Virus record (IMG/VR): IMGVR_UViG_3300009101_000006
Span: 3,247-67,246 of that record
DNA length: 64,000 bases
From: a virus
Taxonomy: Duplodnaviria > Caudoviricetes
Direction: 5' to 3' (one strand)
This document shows, one piece after another, positions 44,941 through 54,384 of this stretch (its first letter is position 1; the number at the start of each line of letters is the position of its first letter). The notes under the pieces were generated by a model. That model saw only the letters and a program-made list of their open reading frames with translations. It was not told the DNA's origin and did not search any database. The position numbers were made by a program, and so were the translations under genes.

Positions 44941-45417
44941 TCATTTGTCGTCGCGACTGAGCCGCGTGGCAATCTTGTCGATCTTCGCGTCGATCTTGTC
45001 GATCTTCACGTCGATCTTGTCCGAATTCTTGTCGAATGCCCTCTCGATTCTATCGACCACGGCCTGGAAACTGGCTTTCGAGACGAACGAATCCCGAGAA
45101 AAGACCTCGAACTCGTGGATCTTTGATCGCAGGGCATGCCCCTGTTCTCCGACTTCTCGCCGGATCGTGTTAGACTGATCCAAGACTAGGACCTCCAGCT
45201 TGGTGACATCACGCTGAATATTCTCGAACTCCGCATCTATTTGTTCAAACTTTTCGTCCGAGTGAAGGAATTTATCGTCGATCTTTTTCTCGAGAGTGGC
45301 TTTGATATCGCGTTCTCGATTAGCAATCCAAAGAATAACGCCAGTTACCGCGGCTACTACCGTGGCGATCGTTCCAACATTCGCGAGAACGTTGAATTGG
45401 TCGGGTGTGAGTGCCAC
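44941..45417 (-). CDS. N-terminal TM + coiled-coil lysis-module protein (holin- or i-spanin-like)
   Basis: GTIATVVAAVTGVILWI TM followed by heptad-rich tail; last gene of the late operon. Confidence 0.55.
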   Translation of the reverse strand: MALTPDQFNVLANVGTIATVVAAVTGVILWIANRERDIKATLEKKIDDKFLHSDEKFEQIDAEFENIQRDVTKLEVLVLDQSNTIRREVGEQGHALRSKIHEFEVFSRDSFVSKASFQAVVDRIERAFDKNSDKIDVKIDKIDAKIDKIATRLSRDDK

Positions 45418-45445
45418 TTCTGCGCGCTCCCGTGGTATGCGATCA

Positions 45446-45470
45446 CCGACGGCGGACAACCCGCCGTCGG
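45446..45470. other. Perfect 10-bp intergenic hairpin
   Basis: CCGACGGCGG-ACAAC-CCGCCGTCGG, no U tract. Confidence 0.5.
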
Positions 45471-45491
45471 GTAGAGCGCTGGTTGGTCTTC

Positions 45492-45869
45492 CTATCGAGT
45501 GAAGTGCCCAGTGATGGTCACGGGGCCGTTCGGAGTCATGGCGACCCCGACGCTCACGTCGACACCGAGCTGAACCGAACGAAGACGCGAGGCCGGCTTC
45601 ACCACGGGCGCGGCCGCGATCGCAGCACAGATGCCCTGAGCGATGGTGGCCGCGTCCGCGACAGCGCCGCCTGCTCCCGGGATGAACGCCGCAATGGTCG
45701 CGATAGTCGGAATGAAGCCGCACGCCAGATTGGCGTCGGCCTGGACCTGAGCCTGGATGCTCGAGATCTGGTTCTGGACGTCGACGGTCGAGCACGCCGC
45801 GAGCGAGGCGCCAGCCGTCGCCACTGCGGCGATAGTCGCGATGAGACGGGACTTGTGACTGATTCTCAC
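45492..45869 (-). CDS. Lipoprotein (spanin-like candidate)
   Basis: IATIAAVATAGASLAA|C lipobox; in lysis module. Confidence 0.7.
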   Translation of the reverse strand: MRISHKSRLIATIAAVATAGASLAACSTVDVQNQISSIQAQVQADANLACGFIPTIATIAAFIPGAGGAVADAATIAQGICAAIAAAPVVKPASRLRSVQLGVDVSVGVAMTPNGPVTITGHFTR

Positions 45870-46087
45870 TTCTGTTCTCCCTTGGTGGGTGCCGGGACCG
45901 GAGGTGGTACCGGGGATGGAGCCGGAGCCGGTGTCGGCTTCGGCGACGCTGCCACGACGGCGTTTGCGACCGCCGCAGCAATTGGTGTGATCTTGTCGTT
46001 CGAGACCCAGCCGCCGTATCCGGTCTCGTCAATTCCCTGACGGATAACACGAAAGGCGGCTTGGATCTGTTGCTGAGTTGCGCTCAT
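45866..46087 (-). CDS. Small protein with Pro-rich tail
   Basis: Coupled ORF in lysis module. Confidence 0.6.
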   Translation of the reverse strand: MSATQQQIQAAFRVIRQGIDETGYGGWVSNDKITPIAAAVANAVVAASPKPTPAPAPSPVPPPVPAPTKGEQK

Positions 46088-46836
46088 GCCAGCTCCTTGA
46101 GGAAGTTTCCGAGAGCCTCCGCGTCGAAGCCCTCCGGCGACAGATTATTCGCGTTCACATATTCCGGCGAGAAATACGCGACCGTCTCGTCGTTGTACAA
46201 CTGGTAGAACTCCCTCGACATCGCGTGGACGCGACCCCACGTGACGAGGATCGCCATGCCGCGCGAATTGCGACCGACGATCGGGATGTAGTGCCCGCCG
46301 CTGACGTGCGACGAGGGAACGGGCGTCCACGGCTGGTGCGAGTCGAACTGCGACTCGGCGCTGTCCGGGAAATTGATGCCGACGCCGACGGCTCCGAAGA
46401 GCCACGTCGCGAGCATGAGCTGGTCGAAGTCGCCGGGTGTCAGGGACATGTACGCAAGAATCTGGTGCCGAACGCCGTGCGCGTCCACTACTCCAGTCTT
46501 CCGGCGATACGAGGCCGCCTCCTGCATGTCTGTTCCCTGATCAGTGTCAGGCGTGCCGCGATACCCGGTAACGGCCGAATAATCCGAGATCACGCTGGCA
46601 TCAGTGAATGGAACAGAGCCTCGCCGCGAGGCGAGGTTCCACAGCTTGTGCTCGTGCGCCGCGCCCGCCCAGACGCAGTCCCCGACCTTGTCGTTCGAGA
46701 ACATGCCCCAAGACGATACTGTCTGGTAGTGACCAAACACGGGCGGAGGCTTCGGCAACTTTGACGCACGAAAGATGGACGAGAACTTGAGCCGAATAGA
46801 GTCCTCTCGTGCGGGAAGTTTGCCGAGCGCCTTCAC
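46084..46836 (-). CDS. Papain-like (clan CA) cysteine peptidase; candidate endolysin
   Basis: NDKVGDCVWAG (Cys), GGHYIPIVG (His), VTWG. Confidence 0.7.
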   Translation of the reverse strand: MKALGKLPAREDSIRLKFSSIFRASKLPKPPPVFGHYQTVSSWGMFSNDKVGDCVWAGAAHEHKLWNLASRRGSVPFTDASVISDYSAVTGYRGTPDTDQGTDMQEAASYRRKTGVVDAHGVRHQILAYMSLTPGDFDQLMLATWLFGAVGVGINFPDSAESQFDSHQPWTPVPSSHVSGGHYIPIVGRNSRGMAILVTWGRVHAMSREFYQLYNDETVAYFSPEYVNANNLSPEGFDAEALGNFLKELA

Positions 46837-47351
46837 TTCGCGACTCCGCCCGAGGCGACCGGGGTCACGACCGGATCGGTCGGCGTATTCGGGTCCGCGA
46901 TCGCCGTGGCAATGCGCGCCCGGATGGCCTCGACAGCCTCGCCGCTCTGAGGATCAAGGCCGAGCGCCGTGATCACGCCAGCACCGTGCTTCTGGGCATA
47001 GGAGATCGCATCGCGAACGACCTGACTCCGAACGTCGATCGAGAGGTTCGGATTGTTCCGAAGCTGAGTCTGCGCGCGCATCGCAGCGTCGTTGATGCCG
47101 TTCACGATGATGCCCTGAAGCTGGTTCTTCTGCGCGTCGGTGATCGATACGCCGAGCCACTTGAGCCCGCGCACGATGCCCCAGAGCACTGCGCTACCGA
47201 TGCTCGCGCCGAACGCCGCAGTGACGTAGCCAACGACGGTTGACGCAGCGCCGCCACCGTTGAACTGATCCGCAGCGAGAACCGAACACGTGGTCACTGC
47301 CGTCGAAGCCGCGAAGGCAGTCGCAAAAGTGAACAGAATTCTGTAGTTCAT
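46833..47351 (-). CDS. Holin-like membrane protein (LL-H-like)
   Basis: Hydrophobic N-terminal segments followed by helical soluble region; upstream of the peptidase. Confidence 0.55.
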   Translation of the reverse strand: MNYRILFTFATAFAASTAVTTCSVLAADQFNGGGAASTVVGYVTAAFGASIGSAVLWGIVRGLKWLGVSITDAQKNQLQGIIVNGINDAAMRAQTQLRNNPNLSIDVRSQVVRDAISYAQKHGAGVITALGLDPQSGEAVEAIRARIATAIADPNTPTDPVVTPVASGGVAK

Positions 47352-47425
47352 GGTAGTTCCTTTCTTCGTTCGCGCAGGAGACGCCCGCCCGCGCTCGGGA
47401 TCACTGGATCTTTTTCGTCCACGAC

Positions 47426-47635
47426 CTAGTCGCGGTAAGAACACTTGGCGCGAACCAGAGGCGACATCTTGAGCCCCTGCCAGTTCGTGGTCATATGTTT
47501 CTCGATGAAATCGTTCATCGCGGCAGTGCACGCCTCCGGGGTGTCGAATCGCTGGGAAGGCTGCGACGGAGCCGAGGGATGAAGCGGCGTGATCATGAGA
47601 ACCCAGGCGAGTAGAGGAGCAGTGAGAAGAAGCAT
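47426..47635 (-). CDS. Small hydrophobic-N-terminus protein (2 Cys)
   Basis: MLLLTAPLLAWVLMI...FDTPEAC...CSY. Confidence 0.5.
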   Translation of the reverse strand: MLLLTAPLLAWVLMITPLHPSAPSQPSQRFDTPEACTAAMNDFIEKHMTTNWQGLKMSPLVRAKCSYRD

Positions 47636-47659
47636 TGGATTGTCTCCATTCTAGATTTA

Positions 47660-50431
47660 TCAGCAGCTCGTCGTCGACACGAACCCGAACTGCGCCGTGC
47701 CCGTGAGCGCCGTGGCCGCGGCTGGAATGCCGCCAGGAGGCGTCAGGCCATTGAGACGAAGCACCGACCCACAGAACGACAACGAGACATTGACCGTTCC
47801 GGTACCGGGGCCGTTCGTTGGATTGGCGGAATAGTCGATCACGCTGCCGCCTCTCGCAACCAGGAACGCGCTGATGCTCACGTTGCCGCTGTACGACCAC
47901 GTTCCACCGGTCGTCACACCGGAGCAGTGATAGTCGCACCAGACGAATGACAGAAACGTGCTGGTGCCGCCGTTGCCTAGGATGATGCCAGCACCAGTTC
48001 CAGAGATCGTTGCTCGCCCCTCGCCGTCGGCGAAGAATACGTTATCGTTCGTGCCGCCGGATCGAAAGTTGTGCGCACCAACGACGTCTACCACCGCGAT
48101 CTGGTGCTCGTAGAACGCACCAGTATTCAGAACATTGTTGGTGTTGCACGTCCACGTCTGCGTGAAGCCGAAGGTCGCGACGAATCGCGCCTCTGCGTTG
48201 TCGCTGACGACAGCGCACGCCGCCCCCGCCCCCGTCGAAACGGCAGTGTTGGTCCAAGTGTTGGCCGCGCGCGTGTTGTAGTTGATGAAGTTGTATCCAG
48301 TGATCTGACCCTGCATCTGGACGTTCTCGTTGAACGGTCCGGTGTAGAGCCCGATGTTCGGCGCGATGTTGTTCGCGTCCCATTCCTGGTAGACAACATT
48401 CGTCGCGTACTGAATGTTCTTGAAGCAGCGCGTTCCGACGCCGAGACCATCGTTGCTGTTGCTCCCGGACGCGTCAACGCAGACCTCGGTCTGTCCCGGC
48501 TGTTTCCAGCGCTGACCCTGATATGCGAAGGCCCACGAATTGTTGTTTCTGAAGACCATCTGCGACTGACCGGGCCAGAGACGGACCTCCGGAGCGATCT
48601 GCCAGTCCGTGAACGTTCCGGAACCACCGATAGTGTCTACGGTGATCGTCAGAGTCGTGGTCACGTACGACGCGACTACCCCGGACATGAAGTTCGAGGG
48701 GTTGGCAAGAGAGAAGACCCGGTAGCGCTGCGTGGAGCCAAATTCTGGAACCAGAATCGGAAGACCCGACGACGTGGTGAACGCCTTGGATCCAGTTCCA
48801 ATCGTGATCGATGTCGAGGACGTGGCAATCTGCGGGACCAGCAGCTTGCCGAACGAGGTGTCCTCGTTGATGACCATGAAACAGGTCGTGGCACCGTATC
48901 CGCTCGCCGCGTTGAACGTCAGCGGAAAGAACGCAGATCCGCCGAGCGCGAACGTAGAACCGGAATCCCCCGAAAGGACTGCGTACGCCGAGGTCTTTGC
49001 CAGACGCGTGTTTGTCCAGCAGCCGCCCGAAGATGACGCTATGGTCGCGAATACACCGCCAGCACAACTAATCGTGATGTTGTCGCACTTCGCGAGACCA
49101 AAGACCGAAGACGACGCGTTGGGGATGCTGGCCGTCGAGACAGCGGTGACAAGACCCTTGGCATTGACCGTGATCTGTGGAACGGTCGTGGCCGCGCCGA
49201 ACGTTCCAACGTTGCTGTTGACCGTGGCGAGAGTAGTCGTGATGGCGGTGGCGCCGCTCCCGGACACGTCACCACTAAGAGTGATCGTCTGATTCCCGGT
49301 GATGACGGCCGTCCCACCGACGTACAGTCCAGTGGCGTTGAGTGTGCCGACTCCCTTGTCGCCACCCGAGACGGTCGGAGGAATTGTCACGCCACCGTCG
49401 TTCTCGAAGCTGACCACGTCCGTCAGAGTCGTAGAACCGTTCGGCGTGGTCGCGATTCTTACGTACGAGCCGTTGGCCGTGGGAGTCCAGTTCTGGGCAG
49501 CGAATATGCGAACCGAGGCGGAGGGGCTCGTCGCGTACGCGCTGCTGTTGTATCCATGCGCATTGAACCCGCAGATCTGGTCATTCGTCAGGAGAGCAGA
49601 TGGAACTGCGAGAGTTCCGTCGGCTCGAACGCACGAGAAGAACCCGGTATTCCCGAACGAATCCAACTGAGCGCGCGCGACTGCGCCATCCAGTGCTACG
49701 CCGCGAAACAGCGCGCCGGACTGTGCCGCGGCCGGCGTGCTGGCCCCCGCGTACGACATGAGGACACCAGAAAAGGTCAGTGCGGTCGCGTCGAGCAGCG
49801 GCACGGTGTGGCCGCTGGTGCCCGTACTGACCGAGCCCCACGAGCCCCCGGTTCGGTACGGGAGCATCCCGTTGGAGGATCCGATGGCCTGATCCGCGAA
49901 GGATGTCCACGCGCAACCGGTCGGTTCCGCAGAGCCCCCCGTGCAGTTGGCGAGAAGCCTCGCGGACGCGATCGGGTTGAGCGCCAGAGCTCCGGCGCTA
50001 ACCGTGAAGTTGCTGTCGTAACTGAGCCCGTAGGTGGCGACGCCACCGCTGAATCCCAGAGTAACGGGAGCAGTCGCCGCGAAACTGCCAGAGGTCGCGA
50101 CGACCGAGAATACTCCCGTGTTGATGTTCAGCGTACCCCACTGAATCCACGACGAGGTGGACGGATTCCAGAACTTGAACTTGTAGTTCGGCGAGGACGA
50201 CGTATCCACCCAGTCCTGCATCGAGGTCTGGTTCGCCGGCGCCACACTCCCGGCAAACTTGCCAAGAATGTTGTTGATATCGTTGTAAGTCGCCAGGAAA
50301 TTGTTCCTGACAACTGCCGACGTGAGAGTAGAGTTCTGCGCGGGGACCGCAGGATTCACCGTGCTGACCGCGAAGGCCGGCACAGTGAGTGCGCAGAAAA
50401 GAGCTGCGACTATCGCGAGAATTCGCCTCAT
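47660..50431 (-). CDS. Tail fibre / receptor-binding protein (923 aa) with Sec-type signal peptide
   Basis: Gly/Ser/Thr-rich beta sequence after the baseplate genes; MRRILAIVAALFCALTVPAFA|V; 16 Cys in predicted mature chain. Confidence 0.8.
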   Translation of the reverse strand: MRRILAIVAALFCALTVPAFAVSTVNPAVPAQNSTLTSAVVRNNFLATYNDINNILGKFAGSVAPANQTSMQDWVDTSSSPNYKFKFWNPSTSSWIQWGTLNINTGVFSVVATSGSFAATAPVTLGFSGGVATYGLSYDSNFTVSAGALALNPIASARLLANCTGGSAEPTGCAWTSFADQAIGSSNGMLPYRTGGSWGSVSTGTSGHTVPLLDATALTFSGVLMSYAGASTPAAAQSGALFRGVALDGAVARAQLDSFGNTGFFSCVRADGTLAVPSALLTNDQICGFNAHGYNSSAYATSPSASVRIFAAQNWTPTANGSYVRIATTPNGSTTLTDVVSFENDGGVTIPPTVSGGDKGVGTLNATGLYVGGTAVITGNQTITLSGDVSGSGATAITTTLATVNSNVGTFGAATTVPQITVNAKGLVTAVSTASIPNASSSVFGLAKCDNITISCAGGVFATIASSSGGCWTNTRLAKTSAYAVLSGDSGSTFALGGSAFFPLTFNAASGYGATTCFMVINEDTSFGKLLVPQIATSSTSITIGTGSKAFTTSSGLPILVPEFGSTQRYRVFSLANPSNFMSGVVASYVTTTLTITVDTIGGSGTFTDWQIAPEVRLWPGQSQMVFRNNNSWAFAYQGQRWKQPGQTEVCVDASGSNSNDGLGVGTRCFKNIQYATNVVYQEWDANNIAPNIGLYTGPFNENVQMQGQITGYNFINYNTRAANTWTNTAVSTGAGAACAVVSDNAEARFVATFGFTQTWTCNTNNVLNTGAFYEHQIAVVDVVGAHNFRSGGTNDNVFFADGEGRATISGTGAGIILGNGGTSTFLSFVWCDYHCSGVTTGGTWSYSGNVSISAFLVARGGSVIDYSANPTNGPGTGTVNVSLSFCGSVLRLNGLTPPGGIPAAATALTGTAQFGFVSTTSC

Positions 50432-50455
50432 GCAGATGTCCTCAACTGTTGTGTA

Positions 50456-51466
50456 TCAGGTCTTGACGAACCGAACGACGACCGACAGCGGCGGAAGGAT
50501 AGGGTGAGAACTTCCCGACGTGTTCGTGGACGTCACGTTGATCGTGTTGTTGCCCGCAAACGTGCCCGTGCCGCCCCAACTGGAAGATGTTGATGCGGGA
50601 CAGATCGCGCTGCCGGTTCCGCAGTTCGATACCTGGATATTTCCAGGCCCAGTCGTGACAGGGACACCGAGACTGCCACCAGTTGGAACGACCGAGATCG
50701 AGTTCACCGCTGCGGAAGTGATCCCGGTCGGAAGCTGAGCAACGGTCAGCGTCTGGTTCTGAGCACCGCACAGAATACCTGTCGCCGTGGCCGCGCATCC
50801 GCTGCCACCACTGGTGATCCTTCCGGCAGATCCGTTGGCGCCCTGGTTGTCGGCAGCCGCGATCAGCGCCCCCCGGCTGTCCGGTAGTGCAAACAATCCG
50901 CCGGAGCACGCGCCGTACGACGTCCCGATGAGACTGAACAGGGCTGCGTAGGTCGTCTGGCTGACGCACGAACCGTCCTCGACGAGATAGCCGGGGGGCG
51001 CCGTGACGCCCGCGCCGGACGTTCCGGCTGAGATGCGGAGCTCGAGAATGGAGCCGATCGGGGCGGGATTGATCGGATAGACCAGATTGAGGCTGGTTCC
51101 GTCGTAGACGACCGTCGTGAGAACTCCGGACTGAATCTCTGCGCCGGAGAGGCCGACGAGGCCGAGACTCGACGGACGTCGCGTGGTCACGTTGCCGAGG
51201 CCGTTGACGTTGATCGTGGTCGGGCCAGTGTTCGTGGACGCCGGGATGAACGAGAACGGCACACCCTTGACCAGGGATGACATGTTGTAGACAGTCATCG
51301 TGATCGTGTTGGTTCCGGCGACGCTTGTCGCCAGAAGACCCTGCGATGCGAACTGCGCACGGGCTTCGCGGCCCGGAACGATCAGGTCCGGGAATATCGC
51401 AGTGGCGAGAAGCGCGAATGCGAACGACAGTACTACGACGGTTCTTTTCAGCATTTTCTTTTCCAC
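50456..51466 (-). CDS. Tail-collar-domain fibre protein with Sec-type signal peptide
   Basis: PIGSIL...PPGYLVEDGSCVSQTTYAALFSLIGTSYG...FALPDSRG collar motif; signal ...VVVLSFAFALLATAIF...EARA|Q; 6 Cys. Confidence 0.85.
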   Translation of the reverse strand: MEKKMLKRTVVVLSFAFALLATAIFPDLIVPGREARAQFASQGLLATSVAGTNTITMTVYNMSSLVKGVPFSFIPASTNTGPTTINVNGLGNVTTRRPSSLGLVGLSGAEIQSGVLTTVVYDGTSLNLVYPINPAPIGSILELRISAGTSGAGVTAPPGYLVEDGSCVSQTTYAALFSLIGTSYGACSGGLFALPDSRGALIAAADNQGANGSAGRITSGGSGCAATATGILCGAQNQTLTVAQLPTGITSAAVNSISVVPTGGSLGVPVTTGPGNIQVSNCGTGSAICPASTSSSWGGTGTFAGNNTINVTSTNTSGSSHPILPPLSVVVRFVKT

Positions 51467-51468
51467 GG

Positions 51469-52050
51469 TTAGATCTCCACGCTCCATGTGTTGTGAGCAA
51501 CGTAACAGAACTCTGCCCACTGATTATCAAAAGCGATCACGTAGTTCGCCTTGCTGCCGATCGATTGACCAGACTGCGGAACAACCGTGATCGGAAACGT
51601 TCCGGCATTCGACTGGATGTCACCGAGCTTGAACGATTGACCGAATGAACTGTCCGGAAGGGCCGGAAGAGTGGCCGTGAGAACCGCTGGGGAAGCAATG
51701 CGCTGGAACGCGACTCGATAATCCGATGCCAGTATGTTGAGATTGGCGCTCGCGTTCACGACGCGAACGTTCTTGATGCCGGCGCCGATGACCACGGCGT
51801 TCTGCAATTTCGTGACCATGGCCGCGAGATTGCCGTCATCCAGGACGTCGACGGACAGTTCCAGAGAAATCCAGTTGGCTATGACCGCGGCCATGAAAGA
51901 GCTCTGCCGCCACGTCTTGTTCAGCTGCGCCGAATTTGCGATACCGGATGCGTACCCGTTGATCACATACGACGAGACCGAGTAGCTCGCCTGATCTACG
52001 ACGTTGGCTGCGACTCCAGTCGCGAATGGAAGGAAATCTACTGTTGACAT
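51469..52050 (-). CDS. Baseplate-proximal tail fibre adaptor
   Basis: DFLPFATG.AANV.DQ...SGIANSAQLNKTWRQSSFMAA, Bcep781-type fibre N-terminus; no signal peptide. Confidence 0.8.
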   Translation of the reverse strand: MSTVDFLPFATGVAANVVDQASYSVSSYVINGYASGIANSAQLNKTWRQSSFMAAVIANWISLELSVDVLDDGNLAAMVTKLQNAVVIGAGIKNVRVVNASANLNILASDYRVAFQRIASPAVLTATLPALPDSSFGQSFKLGDIQSNAGTFPITVVPQSGQSIGSKANYVIAFDNQWAEFCYVAHNTWSVEI

Positions 52051-52062
52051 GTTGTCTCCCTG

Positions 52063-52824
52063 CTACGTTGCTGTTCCCCATCCACCGATATCAAAACCGG
52101 AGATGGCAGAGTTCTCCACGTCGAACCCGAAGTACGGGGCGTCGGGCACAGTTGGTGTGAGATACGCGTCAATGTGCACGCCATCCGGCTTCATGTTCAG
52201 ATATCCCCCACGAAATAGCGCAGAAGTCACGGCGTTGGGGATTGGTCCCGTCAGCGCCTGGATCATGTGCATGTTCTCGAGGTCCTGGATCAGGATCCCG
52301 ATGCCGGTTCCAGAGAAGGCCGTGTTCCAGACTGAGTACGCACCGGGGATCGAGCCGTCCCACTGATTACGCGCGATTCGTGCACGTATAAGTGTTCGAT
52401 AGTCCGCGTCCGGCAGGACAACGAGACCAGAACTGGGATTGAACGGACTGTACCATGTCCCCTCGTCGAATCCGACACCCACCGTGTCCAGAGAGAAATA
52501 GACACCAACGAGTGGAACAGCAATATTTCTGGAGACACCAACCCACTGACCGATGATGTCCAGTTGATCTCCGACTGCGACGTCCACGTCGAATGCCGCA
52601 GCAAACGACGCCATGACGGACATGCTATCGGCTATCGGCTGGAGAACCGCTCCGACCATCGCCATGAAATTTGGTTGCTGGTTATATTCACTCGTGAAGA
52701 GAGACTCGTACGGAGCAATGTCGCCGTTCGCGATGCCCGAATTGATATCCCACTGCAAACCAGAATCCCAGTCTGCTCCGAATGATGGGTCGTCCCACGT
52801 AGTTACGACATACGGTGTTACCAT
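52063..52824 (-). CDS. Baseplate wedge protein (DUF2612-like)
   Basis: FDVDVAVGDQLDIIGQWVGVSR...YRTLIRARIARNQWDG. Confidence 0.85.
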   Translation of the reverse strand: MVTPYVVTTWDDPSFGADWDSGLQWDINSGIANGDIAPYESLFTSEYNQQPNFMAMVGAVLQPIADSMSVMASFAAAFDVDVAVGDQLDIIGQWVGVSRNIAVPLVGVYFSLDTVGVGFDEGTWYSPFNPSSGLVVLPDADYRTLIRARIARNQWDGSIPGAYSVWNTAFSGTGIGILIQDLENMHMIQALTGPIPNAVTSALFRGGYLNMKPDGVHIDAYLTPTVPDAPYFGFDVENSAISGFDIGGWGTAT

Positions 52825-52825
52825 G

Positions 52826-54004
52826 TCAGGAAACCACGATCGTGACGTCGGAAAGCTGCGTGAACGCGGCTGCGTTGAACGCGATGGCGATATCGGCAGT
52901 TCCGAGTGCGTTTCCCTTGATCGCCTGTTTCACCGCCGTGACAACAAATGTTGCGCCGAGGCCGACACCCCCGAGATTGGCTGGAACATACAGACGCGTG
53001 AGATACGAATCCTCTCCAATGGCCAGTGCATTGATGAACGCGACAACGGCGTCCTGAATGGCGCTCTCGGTCGTAGAGATGAATCCAGTCAAAGCGTGGA
53101 TATCAACTTCAAACACGAGCTCGATGTTCGTCAGTTCGTAGAACCCGATACTGTTGGGAACACCAGCGGGGTCTATGATCGTGATGATAGTGCTGCCGTA
53201 GGCTCGTGTTCCAGGTGTCTTCTTGATTGCAATGGCGTTCGCAATGTCTGTGGCGTCGCCACCGCTGACAACCATGGAGATGGAATGCGGAGGCAGACCA
53301 TTGCTGTCGGCGATATCGTTATCGTTCTCGTAGGGGGCAACGCGCTGAACTCCGGTGACTGCTGCGACCGAGGCGGTCACACTGTCCAGCACCGAGAGTG
53401 CCGGGATAGAAGTAGAATTGGACTGGCGCACGCGAAGCTGCGAATCGCTCTCGTTTGGTGCGCCGAGCGTCGCGCTCTGCGGGTTGGTGACACTCTGCCA
53501 GTTCTGCGTCGGCGTGAGTATGTTGACGAGAGTATTCGCCGCCGCCGAGACAGCCCCGACTGCTGTGCACGTGGCGGTGACCGTCACCGCTCCCGTGTTG
53601 TCGATGACCACGGAGGCGGGAAGAGACCACTTGGTCCCAAGATTCTGGTTGTCGCCTATCACACCGTTGAGAATCTGGGTTCCCTCAGCACCGGTCACGA
53701 CGACATTGACCGTGCTGTTGGTGCTGACATCGCGCTTGAGACCGTTGATCTTGACGACAGACGAGAGCTGAACGCCCTGAGCAGTGGCCGGGCTGAAGCC
53801 CTGATACGCGGCCTGCGCGAGCAGGCCAGCATCGTAGATGATCTGTGCGAGAACCGCCACCCACTGCCCATCGGGGCTGTTGGCGTCGAGGTCAGCATCC
53901 GAGCCGTAGATCTGCCAGAACTGAATCTTCAATTCCTGCAAGATATCGGCGTAGTCCGGAACGAGAATCCCGTTCTCGGTGAGTTGTGCTCCGATGGTTG
54001 CCAT
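52826..54004 (-). CDS. Baseplate J-like protein
   Basis: SPDGQ, ATAQGVQL, ESDSQLRVRQ, PPHSISMVVSGG. Confidence 0.9.
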   Translation of the reverse strand: MATIGAQLTENGILVPDYADILQELKIQFWQIYGSDADLDANSPDGQWVAVLAQIIYDAGLLAQAAYQGFSPATAQGVQLSSVVKINGLKRDVSTNSTVNVVVTGAEGTQILNGVIGDNQNLGTKWSLPASVVIDNTGAVTVTATCTAVGAVSAAANTLVNILTPTQNWQSVTNPQSATLGAPNESDSQLRVRQSNSTSIPALSVLDSVTASVAAVTGVQRVAPYENDNDIADSNGLPPHSISMVVSGGDATDIANAIAIKKTPGTRAYGSTIITIIDPAGVPNSIGFYELTNIELVFEVDIHALTGFISTTESAIQDAVVAFINALAIGEDSYLTRLYVPANLGGVGLGATFVVTAVKQAIKGNALGTADIAIAFNAAAFTQLSDVTIVVS

Positions 54005-54384
54005 CAGATCGTGATCTCCAATGTGACCGGCTGCGTGCTGTAGATCGTGAGAATCTGAGCCCTGACGAAGAGCTTGCGTGCCGGCACCCCGTTCTCGATG
54101 ATATTGGCGGTCAACTGACTGTTGTACGACACGATCTTCGTGACACCCTGAGTCGTAAGAATCCTGGACTGTATGGCGAGATCGTACGTCGGATTCTGTC
54201 GGATGCCAAAGATCTCCTGATACCACGGAGTCCCGTCAGTAGAATCAAGGAACCATTCTCCGAGAAACAATTTGAGCCGCTCGGAGATCTTGTTCCCGAC
54301 GGCCAGAGGCTCGTCGTGGTAGAACCCGGACAAACCGTTGCCAAACGTGTAGTCGCCGGCTGGTGTGAGTTTCCTGACGCGCAT
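54004..54384 (-). CDS. Baseplate wedge/sheath initiator (gp25/gp46-like)
   Basis: RKLTPAGDYTFG...GEWFLDSTDGTPW. Confidence 0.8.
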   Translation of the reverse strand: MRVRKLTPAGDYTFGNGLSGFYHDEPLAVGNKISERLKLFLGEWFLDSTDGTPWYQEIFGIRQNPTYDLAIQSRILTTQGVTKIVSYNSQLTANIIENGVPARKLFVRAQILTIYSTQPVTLEITI

